A model generated the notes under the pieces. That model searched no databases, was not told the origin of the DNA, and saw only the letters and a program-made list of their open reading frames with translations. The position numbers and the translations under genes are program-made. From Camelus dromedarius (taxonomy: Eukaryota), in the NCBI RefSeq assembly GCF_036321535.1, contig NC_087436.1, positions 61,382,001-61,446,000 on the forward strand: a DNA stretch of 64,000 bases, in the 5' to 3' direction. Every line of letters starts with the position of its first letter. Within the stretch, counting starts at the first letter, position 1. Positions 38,646-51,754 of this stretch are shown piece by piece.

Positions 38646-38992
38646 TGCTATGGACTGAATTGTCTCTCCCCACAATCTCCATGTTGAAGTCATACCCTCA
38701 ATGTGACTGTATTTGGAGATAGGGCTTATGAAGAGGTGATAAAGTTTAAATGAAATCATAGGTTAGGGATCTGATCTGATCACACCAGAGCTTGAGCTCT
38801 CTCTCTTGGCCATGTGAGGACAGAGCAAGGAGGTGGCCATCTGCAAACCAGGAAGAGAGATCTCACCAGAAACTAGTAATGCTGGCACTCTGATCTCTAG
38901 ATCAGCCTCCAGAACTGTGAAAAAAATAAATTTCTGTTGTTTAAGCCACCCAGTCTGTTGTAGTTTGTTATGACAACCTGCATAGACTAATG
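38646..38992 (+). mobile_element. MLT1A/B-type MaLR solo LTR
   Basis: tgctatggactgaattgt...gtatttggagatagggc...gccatctgcaaaccaggaagaga...aataaatttctgttgtttaagccacccagtctg. Confidence 0.9.
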
Positions 38993-40031
38993 TGTAAAGT
39001 CTCAGGAAAATCAATGCAGATGGATCTATAGTAAACTTTATTGACATCAGAATGTCCTCCTAGGTAAGCTGCAGCAGGATGAAAAGTTTTACTACCAGTT
39101 GTTTGAAATAATTAATTGATAAAATTCAAGCTATGATCAACATTTCCAAAATGAATGAAATCAGAGTAGCAAGCTGCTGGAGAGTTGATAATTACACCTA
39201 ATGTACTGTAAGTAAAATTGTAAGTGTTCAGTGCTTTTGATTTTATTATTAACCTCCTCCCTCTTATTTAGAACCTGTGAATATTAGATGAGCGATAAAG
39301 CAGGTTATATCACATGTGCTGACAAAGGGGCAAAACCGAAGAACAGTAGGAGTAAGTAGTGCTTGTACAGCAATTTTGTGGGGCATTCTGTCTACACAAT
39401 TACAAATCAAAGAGCACTCCTTGACATTCCTTCTAGAACAAAGAAATTTCTTCATTTAAATTTCTCCTTTTAATCCCTGCCAGCAGCACAAAAACTATCT
39501 TATAAGCAGAAATCAAGAAAAATCGACTAGATTTTAAAGCAAAAGGCTCTCCTCTATTTGTGATCATCCCTATTATTTGCAAAATGGAAAAGGAATAGTT
39601 GTGGCTAAATCAACCACAGACTTTTGAAAAATCACTTGTATTTTGCTTGAATTACTGGAATAGTTGTTTGCTATCTTTGTTTTTTGATAGCATACATTAT
39701 CTCTTTCATCTAGTTTGTTTAGATTCTATTAAAATTATCTGTTTTTCCATGAACATACCCAGGACAGAGACTAGCTTTAGAATTTGCTGGACAATCATAT
39801 AAATTGATCTATTATTAAAATTCAACCCAGGAGGATCCAGAATGAGTTTAATTTGCATGTAAAAAATTGGTTATACATAAAGCCTGTAGCTGCTTAAGAT
39901 TTTTTCTTTTTCTTTTTATCCACTAAGCAAAATTTAGCTTCATTTAGTTATGTGTTCTTGTGGTTTACCCATGATAGTCACCATGTTCCCTCTTGATTCT
40001 GGTCATTAGAAAACCCTCGTGAGTAGCGGAA

Positions 40032-40068
40032 TCTTCTCTCTCTCTCTCTCTCTTTTTTTTTTTTTTTT
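40032..40068 (+). repeat. (TC)9-T16 pyrimidine tract
   Basis: direct reading. Confidence 0.9.
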
Positions 40069-43000
40069 AATCCATTTGACCTTTGTCCCTGACCCTTCTG
40101 TGTAATACTATGCAGCTCAATGCGTGTCAATATTTAGATTGAAGCCTCTGGAAAGAGCTCAAATTCCTTACACTCACTCTCAGGGATAATTTTCAGAGCC
40201 CGAACTCTTTGTGTGACCTCTGTGCTGTGGTATTTTAAAGAAAGATTGGATGGCATAGTGTTGGCTGTGATGATGGTTACTAAAAATGACAAATAACTGA
40301 CCCTCTAATAAGATTTAAAACAGGTTTATTGAGCTGTGAGGTTGTGAGTGGTAATGAGATTTTATTCTCATTTTTTCACATCTCTTTTAATTTGCAGCAG
40401 ATTGGAAAAAAATTGTTTTTAAGGGCTACCAAAAATATGATTCATGGCTTCTGCTCATGGATAACTTAAGCTCATTAGAAAATTATGAAGATGCATAATG
40501 CCCAGGGTAAACTAAAGACTCATAAAACATTTTGCTTAAGGTAAAATTGATTTAAAATGTGCTGGGGGAGTGAATATTAGTTAGCCTTAGATTAATTCCC
40601 TTTAGCTTAGAGACTACATTGTACGGGGCAAGGTAGTTCTTTAAATTAAAGATGGCATAATTAAAAGTGCAATAAATTGAAAGAATTACTTTATTTGATA
40701 TAATTTCTATGCAGTCTGGTCTCACTGTCTGATTCTGTTATGGCACTGCCAATGAGTGGTGACGACTAGCTACTGATTTTCAACTATATTATTCTTCACT
40801 GTAATCACCTTTTATTATAACACTTATCTGCAAGGGTACATCGATCAGAAAATGCCCATTAATTACACTGCTAATGGTCAGCAAGTGAAGGGATTATGCT
40901 AGAATGAATAGGGAACGAGCTCTAAGTACCTTTGGGATAGCACTGTAACTGCAGCAGTGGTACCCTGGGTGATGCTGAATTGGTAGGCAAAGCTGCCAAC
41001 CTGGAGCCAGCAGGTAGCATGCATTATTGACCTTTCATTTGCTTGGAAAACTGCAGGAGCTTGAAGCCTACTATTAACCAATGATATTGAGAGCTTCTCT
41101 GACATGGAAAGGCATAGGGAATTTAGTCCCCTGATAATGCTCAGAGATGAAGATGTTTCTAAATGACATAGTTTGATTCTGCTTCAGGTTTTTGAATGTT
41201 GCCTTTCTGTACTGATGAAAGATAAAATCTGAAACATGAATCACAGGCTCTTTATCCTTGAATACAGAAGATGGCAAGAAATAATGATTTTTTTATAAGT
41301 TGTTTCCAAATATCTAGTAAGTTAATGGGTGCATTTATTTACTATACTTGTATATTGATTTTTCTTGTAATAATTTCCATATGCTTTAGGATTATTGTAT
41401 TACTTACTAATATGCAGATTTGCTAGTCTTAATATAGCAGTATATAACTTTGACTCCACTAGTATTGAAATTACATTTCTATTTTTTAAAGCTATATTTA
41501 ATGTTTAGAAAAATCACAAATTTTGTCTTACTCTTGTGGGATGGGATATATTGTTGATACAGGTTTTAAATACCATTGAACTTGAAAATTAGAGAAAAGG
41601 GAAATGAGATGATTTTGAACTGACTTTAATAGAGAAGTGGGGAGTACAAAATCTCATGATTAGAGAAAGAGGAAAATGGGATGATCTTGGACCATTCACT
41701 GGAGAAATTAGTCTATAATTGATTTTCATGTTTGAAATAAGGGGAAAAAAGCAGGCAGGAGACCTGCAAAAGCTTTTTCTTCTTTATCCAACCTCACTGC
41801 TAGCATGAAAGAGAACATTTTGGGGCTATTCTTGAGGTAAATCAGAAGCAGCACCCATCAGAAAGAAGGAGCATCACAAAGTAAATAAATGAAGAAACAA
41901 GTAACCAAAATGATGGTCTTCTTAAATATCACTGCTCTTTACTGGTCACTTGGCAGAAATGCATGAAAAACTTAAAATTACCATGTTATGCCAGTTAGGC
42001 TTTTTAAAAATGAAGCACTTTTTCAACTGATCCCTTTGTATTCTTTGCCAAACAACTTTGATTTTATTTTCTTTTTAAGGTTTTATGAATATACTGCTTG
42101 TTTTGGGCATGGAGAAGACAATGCTTTTGTCTCTTGTGGGTGCCAAATATAGGTCAAATTAACATTCAGCATACCTATTACTTGGAAATTAAAATACTAT
42201 TATATTTCTTCAGAATGATTTCTTTTATTACAAAGATATATTTAATTAGGCATTTAAAAATGAAGTGTTCCTTGAAATTCGGAATTAATTTTATTATTTC
42301 CATAATTCTCTTGCCAAATTAATTGGATATTGTGGGCCAAATGTGTAGTTTAAAATCATCAGATTAATGCAAATGACATTTTATATATAAAATTAAACAG
42401 ACTTTTAGAGATTTCTTAATTTAATCTGAGAGGCAATTGCAAAAATAGTTCTCTATATCAAAATTAAAGATGTTATTTAAAATTAATTCTAAAACTAAAG
42501 GACAAACATTATTTCAGATTAAATGCTAAAGACAAAGATTAATGGTGAAAATCTTTAATTAGTAGGAAGGAATTGAGTGGAAAATTATTAACTTGTCCCT
42601 TCATAAATCTTTAATACTAATTGATTAGTGCTTTCTATTTAAAGATATAATCACCAGAGTGTAAATAAGCAGTGTAACCTTTTTTTAAAAGTGGGCTGAA
42701 ATATTCCACCAGACATTTGAAAGCCTTCCTTCTAGAACAGTTGGACTATTCTATTCCAACAATATTGGAGTTGTTTTATGAGAAAAACCAATCCCTATAA
42801 ACTTTGGAATCATTTCTTTTTTAGTATATGTGCTGCTGAAGTGAGCACCAGAATCATTTCTTAAACTTTGAATCTCTCTTTGCCACAAATATCACACTAG
42901 CAATTTCAGAAATACTAAATTTACCTCTATTGTTAAAAAAATGTGATTTCTCAAACTCTCATTAGGTAGTCATTTAAAAATTTATTTTTAATCTCTTAAC

Positions 43001-43683
43001 AACTGCATTTCCTTTATAGAACTTTTAGTATATGTCCATGCTCATGCTGGTCAAATGTGGGCATTTTTGAAACAAGTTGCTTCATTAATAAACATACCTG
43101 GAAATAGTTAACTCATCTTCAGTAGTGATAGAGAAGTCTAAATAATAAGGATGAAATGAAAACTCAAATATATTTTCATTAGCACATAATTAATTATTTG
43201 AAAAATATTTATTAGGATTTCTCCTGTGGTGAGCATTGGGTTAAAGAAGTACTTTAATAAACCAATTGTGGTAGATGGTGACACCCCAAAGGCATGTACT
43301 AGTAGTAAAAAAAAGTCCCTTATCATTTGGGAATGAGATAAAAAGAATAATTTGCATTGTTTCTAGAAGAGAAGTAGAAGATAACCTCAAGTAAACTGTC
43401 AGAATGATGTGTGTTATATGATAAGGTAGATCCTTGTGATCCCTCACAAATGCTTGCTGTTGAGTGTATTTTTTGTAGAAGTGGAGAAGGTGCTGAATTT
43501 TGCAACACCTGTTGATGGTGAAACAGAGATGGTGTGTACAAAAAAGAAGCCGAAGACAGATTCTAGACCTAGAGCAGAAATCTGAGATACATAAAATTAA
43601 ACAAAGGCATTATATGAGCATAGTAATGAAAGATATCCAACTCATAGTCTTTAGGAACCATGGATAAGGTTAAGGACGGAAGC

Positions 43684-44025
43684 TGTCTTAACAACTCGGA
43701 ATGCCCTGACAAATACTATAGACTGGATGGCTTAAACAACGGACATTTATTTCTCACAGTTCTGAAGGCCGATAAATCCAAGATTAAGGTGCCAGCTGAT
43801 TAAATTCCTGCTGAAGACTCTTTTTGCGGAGAGACATCTATAAGATATATCCTCACATGGGAGAGAAAGAGATCATCTGTCTCATGTCTTTTCTTATTAG
43901 CGTACTAATCCCATTAATGGGGCTCCATCCTCATAGCCTAATTACCATCCAAAGGCCCCACTTCCAAATACCATCACATTGGGAGTTTGGGCTTCAATAC
44001 ATGAATTTTGAGGGGACACAAATCT
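43684..44025 (-). mobile_element. MLT1A-type MaLR LTR
   Basis: atagactggatggcttaaacaac..atttatttctcacagttctg...ccatcacattggg...gcttcaatacatgaattttgaggggacacaaa. Confidence 0.9.
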
Positions 44026-44168
44026 AGAGTTTGTTTATAGGAGATGGAGGGAAAAATGATTTCACTGTACTGTATGGAAGAAGTGAACTGGACAATGCAG
44101 TGGTTCTGAGAATCTCTTTTTAGGGAAAAAAACGTTTTTTTTTTTTTTTAATGAGATTATTTCCTTTA

Positions 44169-44192
44169 AGATCAAAGGTCACTTCTTTGATC
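44169..44192. promoter_or_regulatory. inverted pair of TCF/LEF motifs overlapping an NR4A NBRE motif
   Basis: AGATCAAAGG 44169-44178, AAAGGTCA 44174-44181, CTTTGATC 44185-44192; motif match only. Confidence 0.25.
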
Positions 44193-44606
44193 CAAATTAT
44201 ATTATATTAAATATAGTATTATATTTCTTTATGTTTTCAGGATTGCTAAGCAAAATAACACTCATATTAACAATAATTTCTCAAAGGAGTTCAACCGTAG
44301 TTAAAAGTGTCAGTAACACTGAATGGTGTGGGTTCAGGCTGAAGACGGAATATCCTGAGGATAGGGTTGCTCTAAGATTCTGTCTTGACTGATTCGTAAC
44401 CTTAAGCAATTGCCATTTGGTGAAGTAGAACTTTAGATATTCTTAACTAGTGGACATTGCCTCTTAGTGAAAAGACCATTTAGAAATGCTTCAATGGTCA
44501 TGTAATCTTCTAGCCCAGCAATTTAGTGGGCTGTGATTCTTTCAGTGGCTACACAAGATAAAGAGATAGAGGGGAAAAAAATAGAAGTTCCATGTGTAAT
44601 ATGGAA

Positions 44607-45039
44607 TATGGCAGCTGTTGGTTAGCTATTAATCAAAACCATTAGTGTTTTTCCTTGCACACAACTAGACTTTTTCAAACTCCCTTGCAGTTAGGTGCAT
44701 CCATGTGACTGGATTCCAGCTAATAGTATATGAACTGAGTGATGGTTTTATCCATAAAAACTCACATGTGCAGTTGTAAATGCTCTTTCTACTTCTGCTG
44801 GTTTGATGGATGACACAAGCAAAGTGACCTCAGAAGTCATGTGTTAAAGGTAATGGAACCATTTGTAAGAGAGTCACCACAGAACAAGAATATCTCTTTA
44901 GAATTTTTATGAGGAAGAAGTATCACCTTCTCTTCCTCTCTTCCTTTCCCTTCCTTTCCTTTCCCTTCCTCTCTCTTTTTCTCTCTCACTCAGCTGATCT
45001 TTTGTATAAGGAACTAATGTTGCTTTAACTAATGATACA
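44607..45039 (+). mobile_element. MLT1 (I/J-like) MaLR LTR with an internal pyrimidine tract
   Basis: cacacaactagact...ctcccttgcagttaggtgcatccatgtgactgga; terminus taactaatgataca. Confidence 0.7.
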
Positions 45040-45239
45040 TTGGTAGATATTTTATTTCATAATATATTAGTACTATAGAATATGTATTTTTAAGGAGATG
45101 CACATGTACTGGAGTGGGAGGGTATACTCAATTTTTTTCTTACCTTCAAGTGTGTATAATAGAAAACATTGGAAACCAATGTTTTAATTAACTTGTGAGT
45201 AGAGAGACACATCTGTATTTGATCCTCTTCATTTTCCTT

Positions 45240-47350
45240 TCAAGAATTATTTACCTAGCAAAAATTGCTCTGTGCCAGACAGGAAAAGCACTAACTACTG
45301 GAGGCACTAGGCAAGGATGATAAAGTGATGACCAAACATACATGAAGCCTGGTCTTTACATAACCTACATTTTAGAAAGAAAAACAGGCAAGAATAAGAA
45401 GAGATTAATAGCATAATGGCTGTTAGTTTTTAGTGGATAATTCTTATGGGAAAAACAGGTAAAAAGCTGAGAATAGAAAATAATGATGGTGATGTGGTGC
45501 ACTTATTTTATACACTGTGATCAAGAAAATCGTCTTTGAAGAAGTGGCGTCAAAGATAAAATTAATAGTTATGTGAAGGATAAGGTTTAGAAGAGAATTT
45601 CAGGCAGTTATGCATAGGTATATTCTTGGAATTGAAGACCAGTTTGTCCAAGACAACATGACTGATGGAGAGAATGGTACATATGTGGTTACAGGAGCAC
45701 AAAGGTATGAGATCATGCAGGACCATAAAGAAAGGTTGTCAAATTACTGCCCACAAGACAAATTTTGCTAAGTTTTGCCAGTTTCTTGCAAATAAAGTTT
45801 TATTGAAACATAACCATGCTCATTACTTTATATATTTTTATAGTTGCTTTCATGCTGCAAGGCAGAGTTGAATAGTTGTAAAGGAGACTGTATAGCCCAT
45901 GAAACCTGTAATATTTAATCACTGGATCCTTACAGAAAGAAAATTTGTCTATTTCTGATATAGAATGTGGAGATATTTTGGATTTCAATCAAAGAACACT
46001 GAGAAGCTATCAATAAGTTTTAAGTAGAAAAATAAGATTATTCTGATTTATATCTTAAGAATATCCGTCTGATAAATAAGTGGAGAATGGATTAGAGAGG
46101 GACAGGAATGGAAGAGGGTTGTTTCAGGAGACAATTATTATAGCCCAGATAAGAGATGACTGTGGCCAGTTCACAGTGGAATACACAAGACTTACTTTTA
46201 AATTAGATACAAAGTATTGAAGGAAAAAATAGATCCAAGTTGACTACTAAGATTTTGGCTTGAGTAATTGAGAATTGGTTTGACTTTTTGCTGAAATGGG
46301 GAAAAATGAGTTTGATTGGGGGTATTGTGGAAATAAGTTTTGGAAGAAAAAAATAGTTTTCCTTTGTATATATAAGTTGGAGATGTCAATGACATATAAG
46401 AATCCAGAACTCAGAGCAGAGGTCTGGGTAGGTGACATAAATTTAGGAATCATAGACATGATAATTCTATTTATATTTATGGCCTTTAATGGCATATCAC
46501 TTAGAGAAATACAGAGAGAAGAAACTAAGCACAAGACCCATTCCTAAGGGACCTCAAAATTTAGACATCAGAAAAAAGAGCATGAGTCAGCCAAGGGAAG
46601 TGAGAGGGAGCATCGAGATGGATGGGTAACCAGTGATGTTACTGGGGCTTAGAAAAGAAAAGAGTATTTCCAGAGAGGAGTGGTCAAACTTACTGAAAAC
46701 TTCTGAGAAATCAAGTGAGATAAGGAAAGAACATTCCCATTAAATTTGGCAACATGGTTTTGACCTCCATGAAGGTTGTTAGAGACTTGACTTGAACAGT
46801 TCCTGTGGGATGAGAGGAAGAAACCAGTTTATAGAGGACTTCATGATGAACAGGAAGTGAGGTAGTTGGGAGTGCTTTGAAGACAGCCCATTTGGGGAAT
46901 TTGACCATAGAGGGAAGTAAAGAAGTGAAGCCGTATCTAAGCCAACATATGGGGTTATGGGAATTTAAAAAAATTATTATGTGTTATTTATTTAAAAAAT
47001 CATGGCAGTTACCGCAGCATATTTGAAAATAATGGAAATGTAACAGTAGAAAGAAAAAGATTGGTGATGCAGGAGGTTGGAGGTTATATGATGGATGAAA
47101 ACTTTGATAAGAAAAGAGGGGATTGGTACCAAAGCACATGGACTGGATTGACCTCTTACAGGGAGAGGGACACCATGATGGGAGACAAAATGAGAAGGGT
47201 CAAGTTCAAATCGGTTCAATGAATTCTGGGAATAGGAAGAGAAATTTTATGTAATGGCTCCAGTTTTCTAGTTAGAGTAAATAAGAGGCAGGTTCACGAG
47301 GAGATTGTGTGGGAAAAAAGAGGACAAATAATATGGGAAGGAAAAAAAGT
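45240..47350 (-). mobile_element. long L2 LINE relic, split by MER58A
   Basis: atttacctagca..ctgtgccagac 3' end; tggagaatggattagagaggg, gtagg tgacataaatttaggaatcat, atttggcaacatgg. Confidence 0.85.
45731..45957 (+). mobile_element. MER58A DNA transposon
   Basis: aaataaagttttattgaaacataaccatgctcatt...ggcagagttgaatagttg..gagactgtatagccc. Confidence 0.85.
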
Positions 47351-47469
47351 TGTCAGTATCAAGTGCCCGTTGATAAAATCTGTCAGCTTAGGTGTGAAGT
47401 CTTGTTTTTGTTTTTTTCAGGAACTACTAGAACAGAATGCTATGAATGCTGTTAGGAATTTGTGACAAC

Positions 47470-47715
47470 AGCTTAGGTGGGTTAGGCCATAGATTTTGGA
47501 GTGAGAACAAATCTGAGTTCAAATTCTGCCTTTGTATTTAGCTCTGTGACTTCAGACAAGTTATCTTTACTTCTCTGAGCTTCAGTTTTCTTGTCTGTAA
47601 CATGCCTATGACAACACTTACCTTGCTTAAAATAAAAATGAAATGAGTTAGTGTATATAATGTCCTTTGTAGAAATAAAATAAAATCCTTAATAAATGGT
47701 AGCTGTTGTAATTAT
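47470..47715 (+). mobile_element. MIR SINE
   Basis: ctgagttcaaattctgcc...ctgtgacttcagacaagtta..ttctctgagcttcagttttcttgtctgtaa...aataaatggtagctgtt. Confidence 0.9.
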
Positions 47716-47949
47716 ACATGGATATTTCCCTTGTAAAATGAGTAAGAGAGCTTTGTTTGCTTGGACCTTTGATCATTTTCTATATTTGCAAGGTATTTTT
47801 TTTATTATTAATTCACATCAAACTATTTGTAGTTTGGCACCCAAACTACATGCATTGCTCTGAATTTCTTTATGTTCCCAGGTCCCCACCCTCAACTATG
47901 CCAGAGGCTTGCCCTCTTTTGAGGGGATAAAGGACAAAAATAATCTCAT

Positions 47950-48650
47950 TATTGTTTGCAGTTAAGTAGGAAGGAATTTCTGCAGAGATGAGTGATGAGC
48001 AGAATTTTGAAGGAAAGCACGATACTGATAGAGAAAGCAGAAATTAATTTGTAGGTCAGTGGGTGGGGGGTTTGCATGAGGAAAGATACAGAGATGAAAA
48101 TGAAGAAATCACATATAGAAGATGACAGGCAAATATTGCTAGTGGGAGCGGAGAGGCTGCAGGGAAAGGTAATGAGAAATGAAGGTAGGATGGGATCCCG
48201 GGGGGTGTAACATTGGTGGAAAGCCCTAAAGGCTGGAGAGGGCTTGAGATGTGCATAAAAAGTGACACTGAAGCACTGGAGACTGTTGAGCAGGCAAAGG
48301 ACCTGAAGAAAATGAAGTCAGAGAAAATCATTAGAACATTTGAGTAGGTGGGATATGATAAGCAGAGATTGGCGTAGAAACCTGCACGGAAGCCATTACT
48401 GCAACTCAGACACAAGCTGATAAGGACCTTGGACTGGGTGACTATGGAAGTGGAGAGGAAAGGACAGATTAAAATGACAATTCCAGTGTTTGTGGGAGGT
48501 TACGTGAAGAAGAGCAAAGAGGGCAATTAAAAATAACTAAAAATTTGAAAATTTAGAATCCTGAGGGAGCTTGGAGATGGCAGTGATTCAGTATCTTAAA
48601 GGGAGATGAAGTGGGGGCAATGAGAGAAGGAAAGGGGAATGTTTTAATAG
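47950..48650 (-). mobile_element. L2 LINE relic
   Basis: tgagcagaattttgaagga, ggaagccattactgcaactcag..gctgataaggacc..gact...ggaagtggagagga. Confidence 0.65.
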
Positions 48651-51069
48651 ATTGAAGGATAAGAAGACCAACTTATAGTTCTGTAAAACTGGCATTTGAA
48701 TTACAGTAATGAAAAACTGGTACTGTCTCAAAGATGAAAAATAATAGGAAGAAAGAATATTTGGAACATTCTCCAGGAATTGTAATTTTTGGTGATCTCA
48801 GCCTACCTAATGTTTTTGTTTGATCTTGCCTATGGATGTAGGCAAAACAAAACAAAAGAGAGCAAAAGGGAGATGGTGAGTAAGTTATGTATTCCTTGGG
48901 TCCATGTTTCTAATTCTGAGTCTTCCCTCTGCTGCATCAACTTTTGAGCACTGACGTTCCAGAACTAGGAACATGAGAAGAGTTTCCCATGAGACTTGGT
49001 ACTCAGTGAAACACCTCAGAGCTTCTAACAGCCTCGCTGCAGCTTGGGAGTACAAGATTTTTGAGAGCTGGAATTTGTTGAGGAGTTGTCTTAGGTGCCA
49101 CTGATGCTATGGGACCAGAGTCTCTGATGACTGACATGTGATGAGCACTTAGCATGCCAGCACTGTGCTTGGTCCTTTGCAGATGTATTTCATAGTCATC
49201 ACTTAACCATAGCTCTCTCTGCAATCTGTGCAAGTAGTGCAGTCAGTGTTAGAAGTAAAATCTTTTTCCTAGAAAAAGCTCCTGTGAGTATCATAGTTTG
49301 AAATGTCTTTCTCAATTTTTTCTGTGCATAGGGAAAGACAGTTACCTTTCAAATTTGATCAGATCACAGAATTACTGTTATCTTTAACACTTTTAAGATA
49401 CCTTTAACTAAAGTGTAGATTTGCAGGAAAAATATGTTTGGTTTCTTGACTAAGGTAAAGACGTTTTAACAGTTGACATCCAGCTGGTTTTTATTTTTGG
49501 TTTATAAATGTTACATGTTTTTAATAGTGCTGACAAAACCTTAAAACTGAGGAATACATAGTGAATGTAAAATGGAAGTCCCTGTCTTAAAGTCCCTCAT
49601 CTGATTGATTTCATATAGAATATACATATCTTGCTTTTAAATAATTTATTATATATTATGCATCTTATGCACATTTTGCAGTATAGAGATACATATATGT
49701 CTTTATAATGTCGCCATCTTTTCTAAGTCTAATTTCCCAACTTAGTGGACTTTAGTATCTTTTAACATGCTAATGTAGCTTAATAAAAATACTTCATAGT
49801 TAGGTGTAATGTGTGAAAAGGAGTTAATCTATTTTGAATTTGTAAAGAATGCTCCTTTAAAAAAATTAACCCAATAGTATAAAAATATTAATACATGTAG
49901 CTGAGGAAAAACTAGTTTAAATGTGAACAAGTCAAAATATTTTTTAAAAATAAAGTGTTTCATATATTTGACCAACTGTCTATGGATTAGGCAGGAGCTA
50001 GAGTGCACAATGTGTGGACAAAAGAAAAGTCTTCATTTCTGACCACACTGAATCACCAGAAAGTACATTTCATCTTCTCTGTTCATTTAATGACCATGTG
50101 GGCTGGGAGAGTATTTTTCAAATTGCATTCCACAGTTTTTGAAGTATTTTTGAATGTAGTAGCTCTTTGAAATTAAGTGTGATTTTGACAGGCAGTCTTC
50201 TTGTAAAGCAGGGTGAGAACTTCTTAAGCGTGAATTGGAAATAGACTTCTCTTCTTCAGATCTCTTTATAAGGCTTTTCATGCTTGTGCTGAAAGGACAA
50301 GTGAGGATGGCTCCTTATTTAAGTGGTCTCATAGCTTCAGATGAGCCTATGCAAAGTCCTGCTGGTTATCACAGCCCCTTGTTGGCACTAGTTGCTCTAC
50401 TCTCCTCTAGGAGCTTTGCTGAGATTCCCTGAATGGAGAGAGGTCTGCCACTAGCCCTTCACTACTCCGCTCAGGAACTTTGCTTTAGGCACACATTTTG
50501 CCAAATCCCAACTCCAAAACCTTTCAGGTAAGCTTTTCAGAAAAGACTTTTTTCTTCCCTAAGATGTTGGAGAATATACAAAATTAAGATTCTGGGTTTG
50601 AAAGCCTCACATTTGGAAGCTAAGGTTAGAGGAGTACAGGAAGGAAGATAACTTTTTAGTAGAGTTAATTTTTTCCCAAAATTGGGGTAAGGGTGGCTGG
50701 TGGGGAAGTTGAATACAGAATAAACCTAAGGCTACTAGGAAAACTGTGGAGCTGTGACTTGACACTGTTGACCCATGGACCTCAATTTTTGAATTATGCT
50801 CTCCAAATCTGACCTTATACATTTTCTTACTTTAAAGCAGAAATGAAGACATTTTAGACTTATTCATTGAAAGGAAATCCAGCTCCTGAGCTGTTTTTTA
50901 AAAGACTAGTTTCTTTTATTTGTAATATTTTTCAACATCTGCTCACCAATCCTAGGCCAGTCCAGTGTTTCTTTCTTATAATTCCACTTACTGGAGTAAG
51001 TAGACCAGTTCCACCAGTGGTCACCTTATGCATGGAAATTCACCATCTCCTTTGGAATCAAGAACCAAA

Positions 51070-51340
51070 TTGGGAGTTCTAGATATGCAGATACTAATAT
51101 TTATAAAATAGATAAACAGCAAGTTCATACTGTATAGCACAAGGAACTGTATTCCATATCTTGTAGTAACTTACAGTGAAAAAGAATATGAAAATGAATG
51201 TATATATGTTCATATATAACTAAAGCATTATGCTGTACAATAGAAATTGATACAACATTGTAAACTGTACTTCAATTAAAAAAAAAATATATATATATAT
51301 ATATATACCCACACACACCAAAAAAAAAAAAAAAAAAAAA
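51070..51340 (+). mobile_element. young 5'-truncated L1 3'UTR with poly(A)
   Basis: aaaatagataaacagcaagttcatactgtatagcac...ttatgctgtaca..gaaattgatacaacattgtaaac; A10-(TA)n-(CA)n-A23 tail; TSD AAGAACCAAA at 51060-51069 and 51341-51350. Confidence 0.95.
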
Positions 51341-51754
51341 AAGAACCAAAGGTGGTGTTCCTGACAGACTGACACTCAAGGCTGAATATCCACATGTGAC
51401 GAATGAATGAACATTAATTTCCAACCATCATTCATGAAAATTATCCTTCATTTTAGTGTCTTCCCACAAACATCCACTCTTCTCACAAAATGGCTAACCT
51501 TGGAGAATATAGGTCTTTTCAGAGAACCAGCAATGTTCCTTACATCTTCCTGAAAGTTGATGAACCTAACGGAAAGTGGTGGAAGAAAACTGGTCAGAGA
51601 TATATCAGGAATAGAGATCTCTGCTTTAACTTATGTTTTTGGAAGCCTCCTACACTATGGGAATGGGAACTTCAGGTTCTTGGATTAGAGGTGTAAGAAG
51701 GCACGAGAGTTTTTAACCTCTTTTGCATGTTAGGAATACAGAGGAAAGCAAATA

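Noticed and set aside
43479..43531. Protein-like segment VEKVLNFATPVDGETEM after TTTTTTGTAG
   Set aside because: The donor (GTGTGT) is weak, the pyrimidine tract is short and I recognise no homology.
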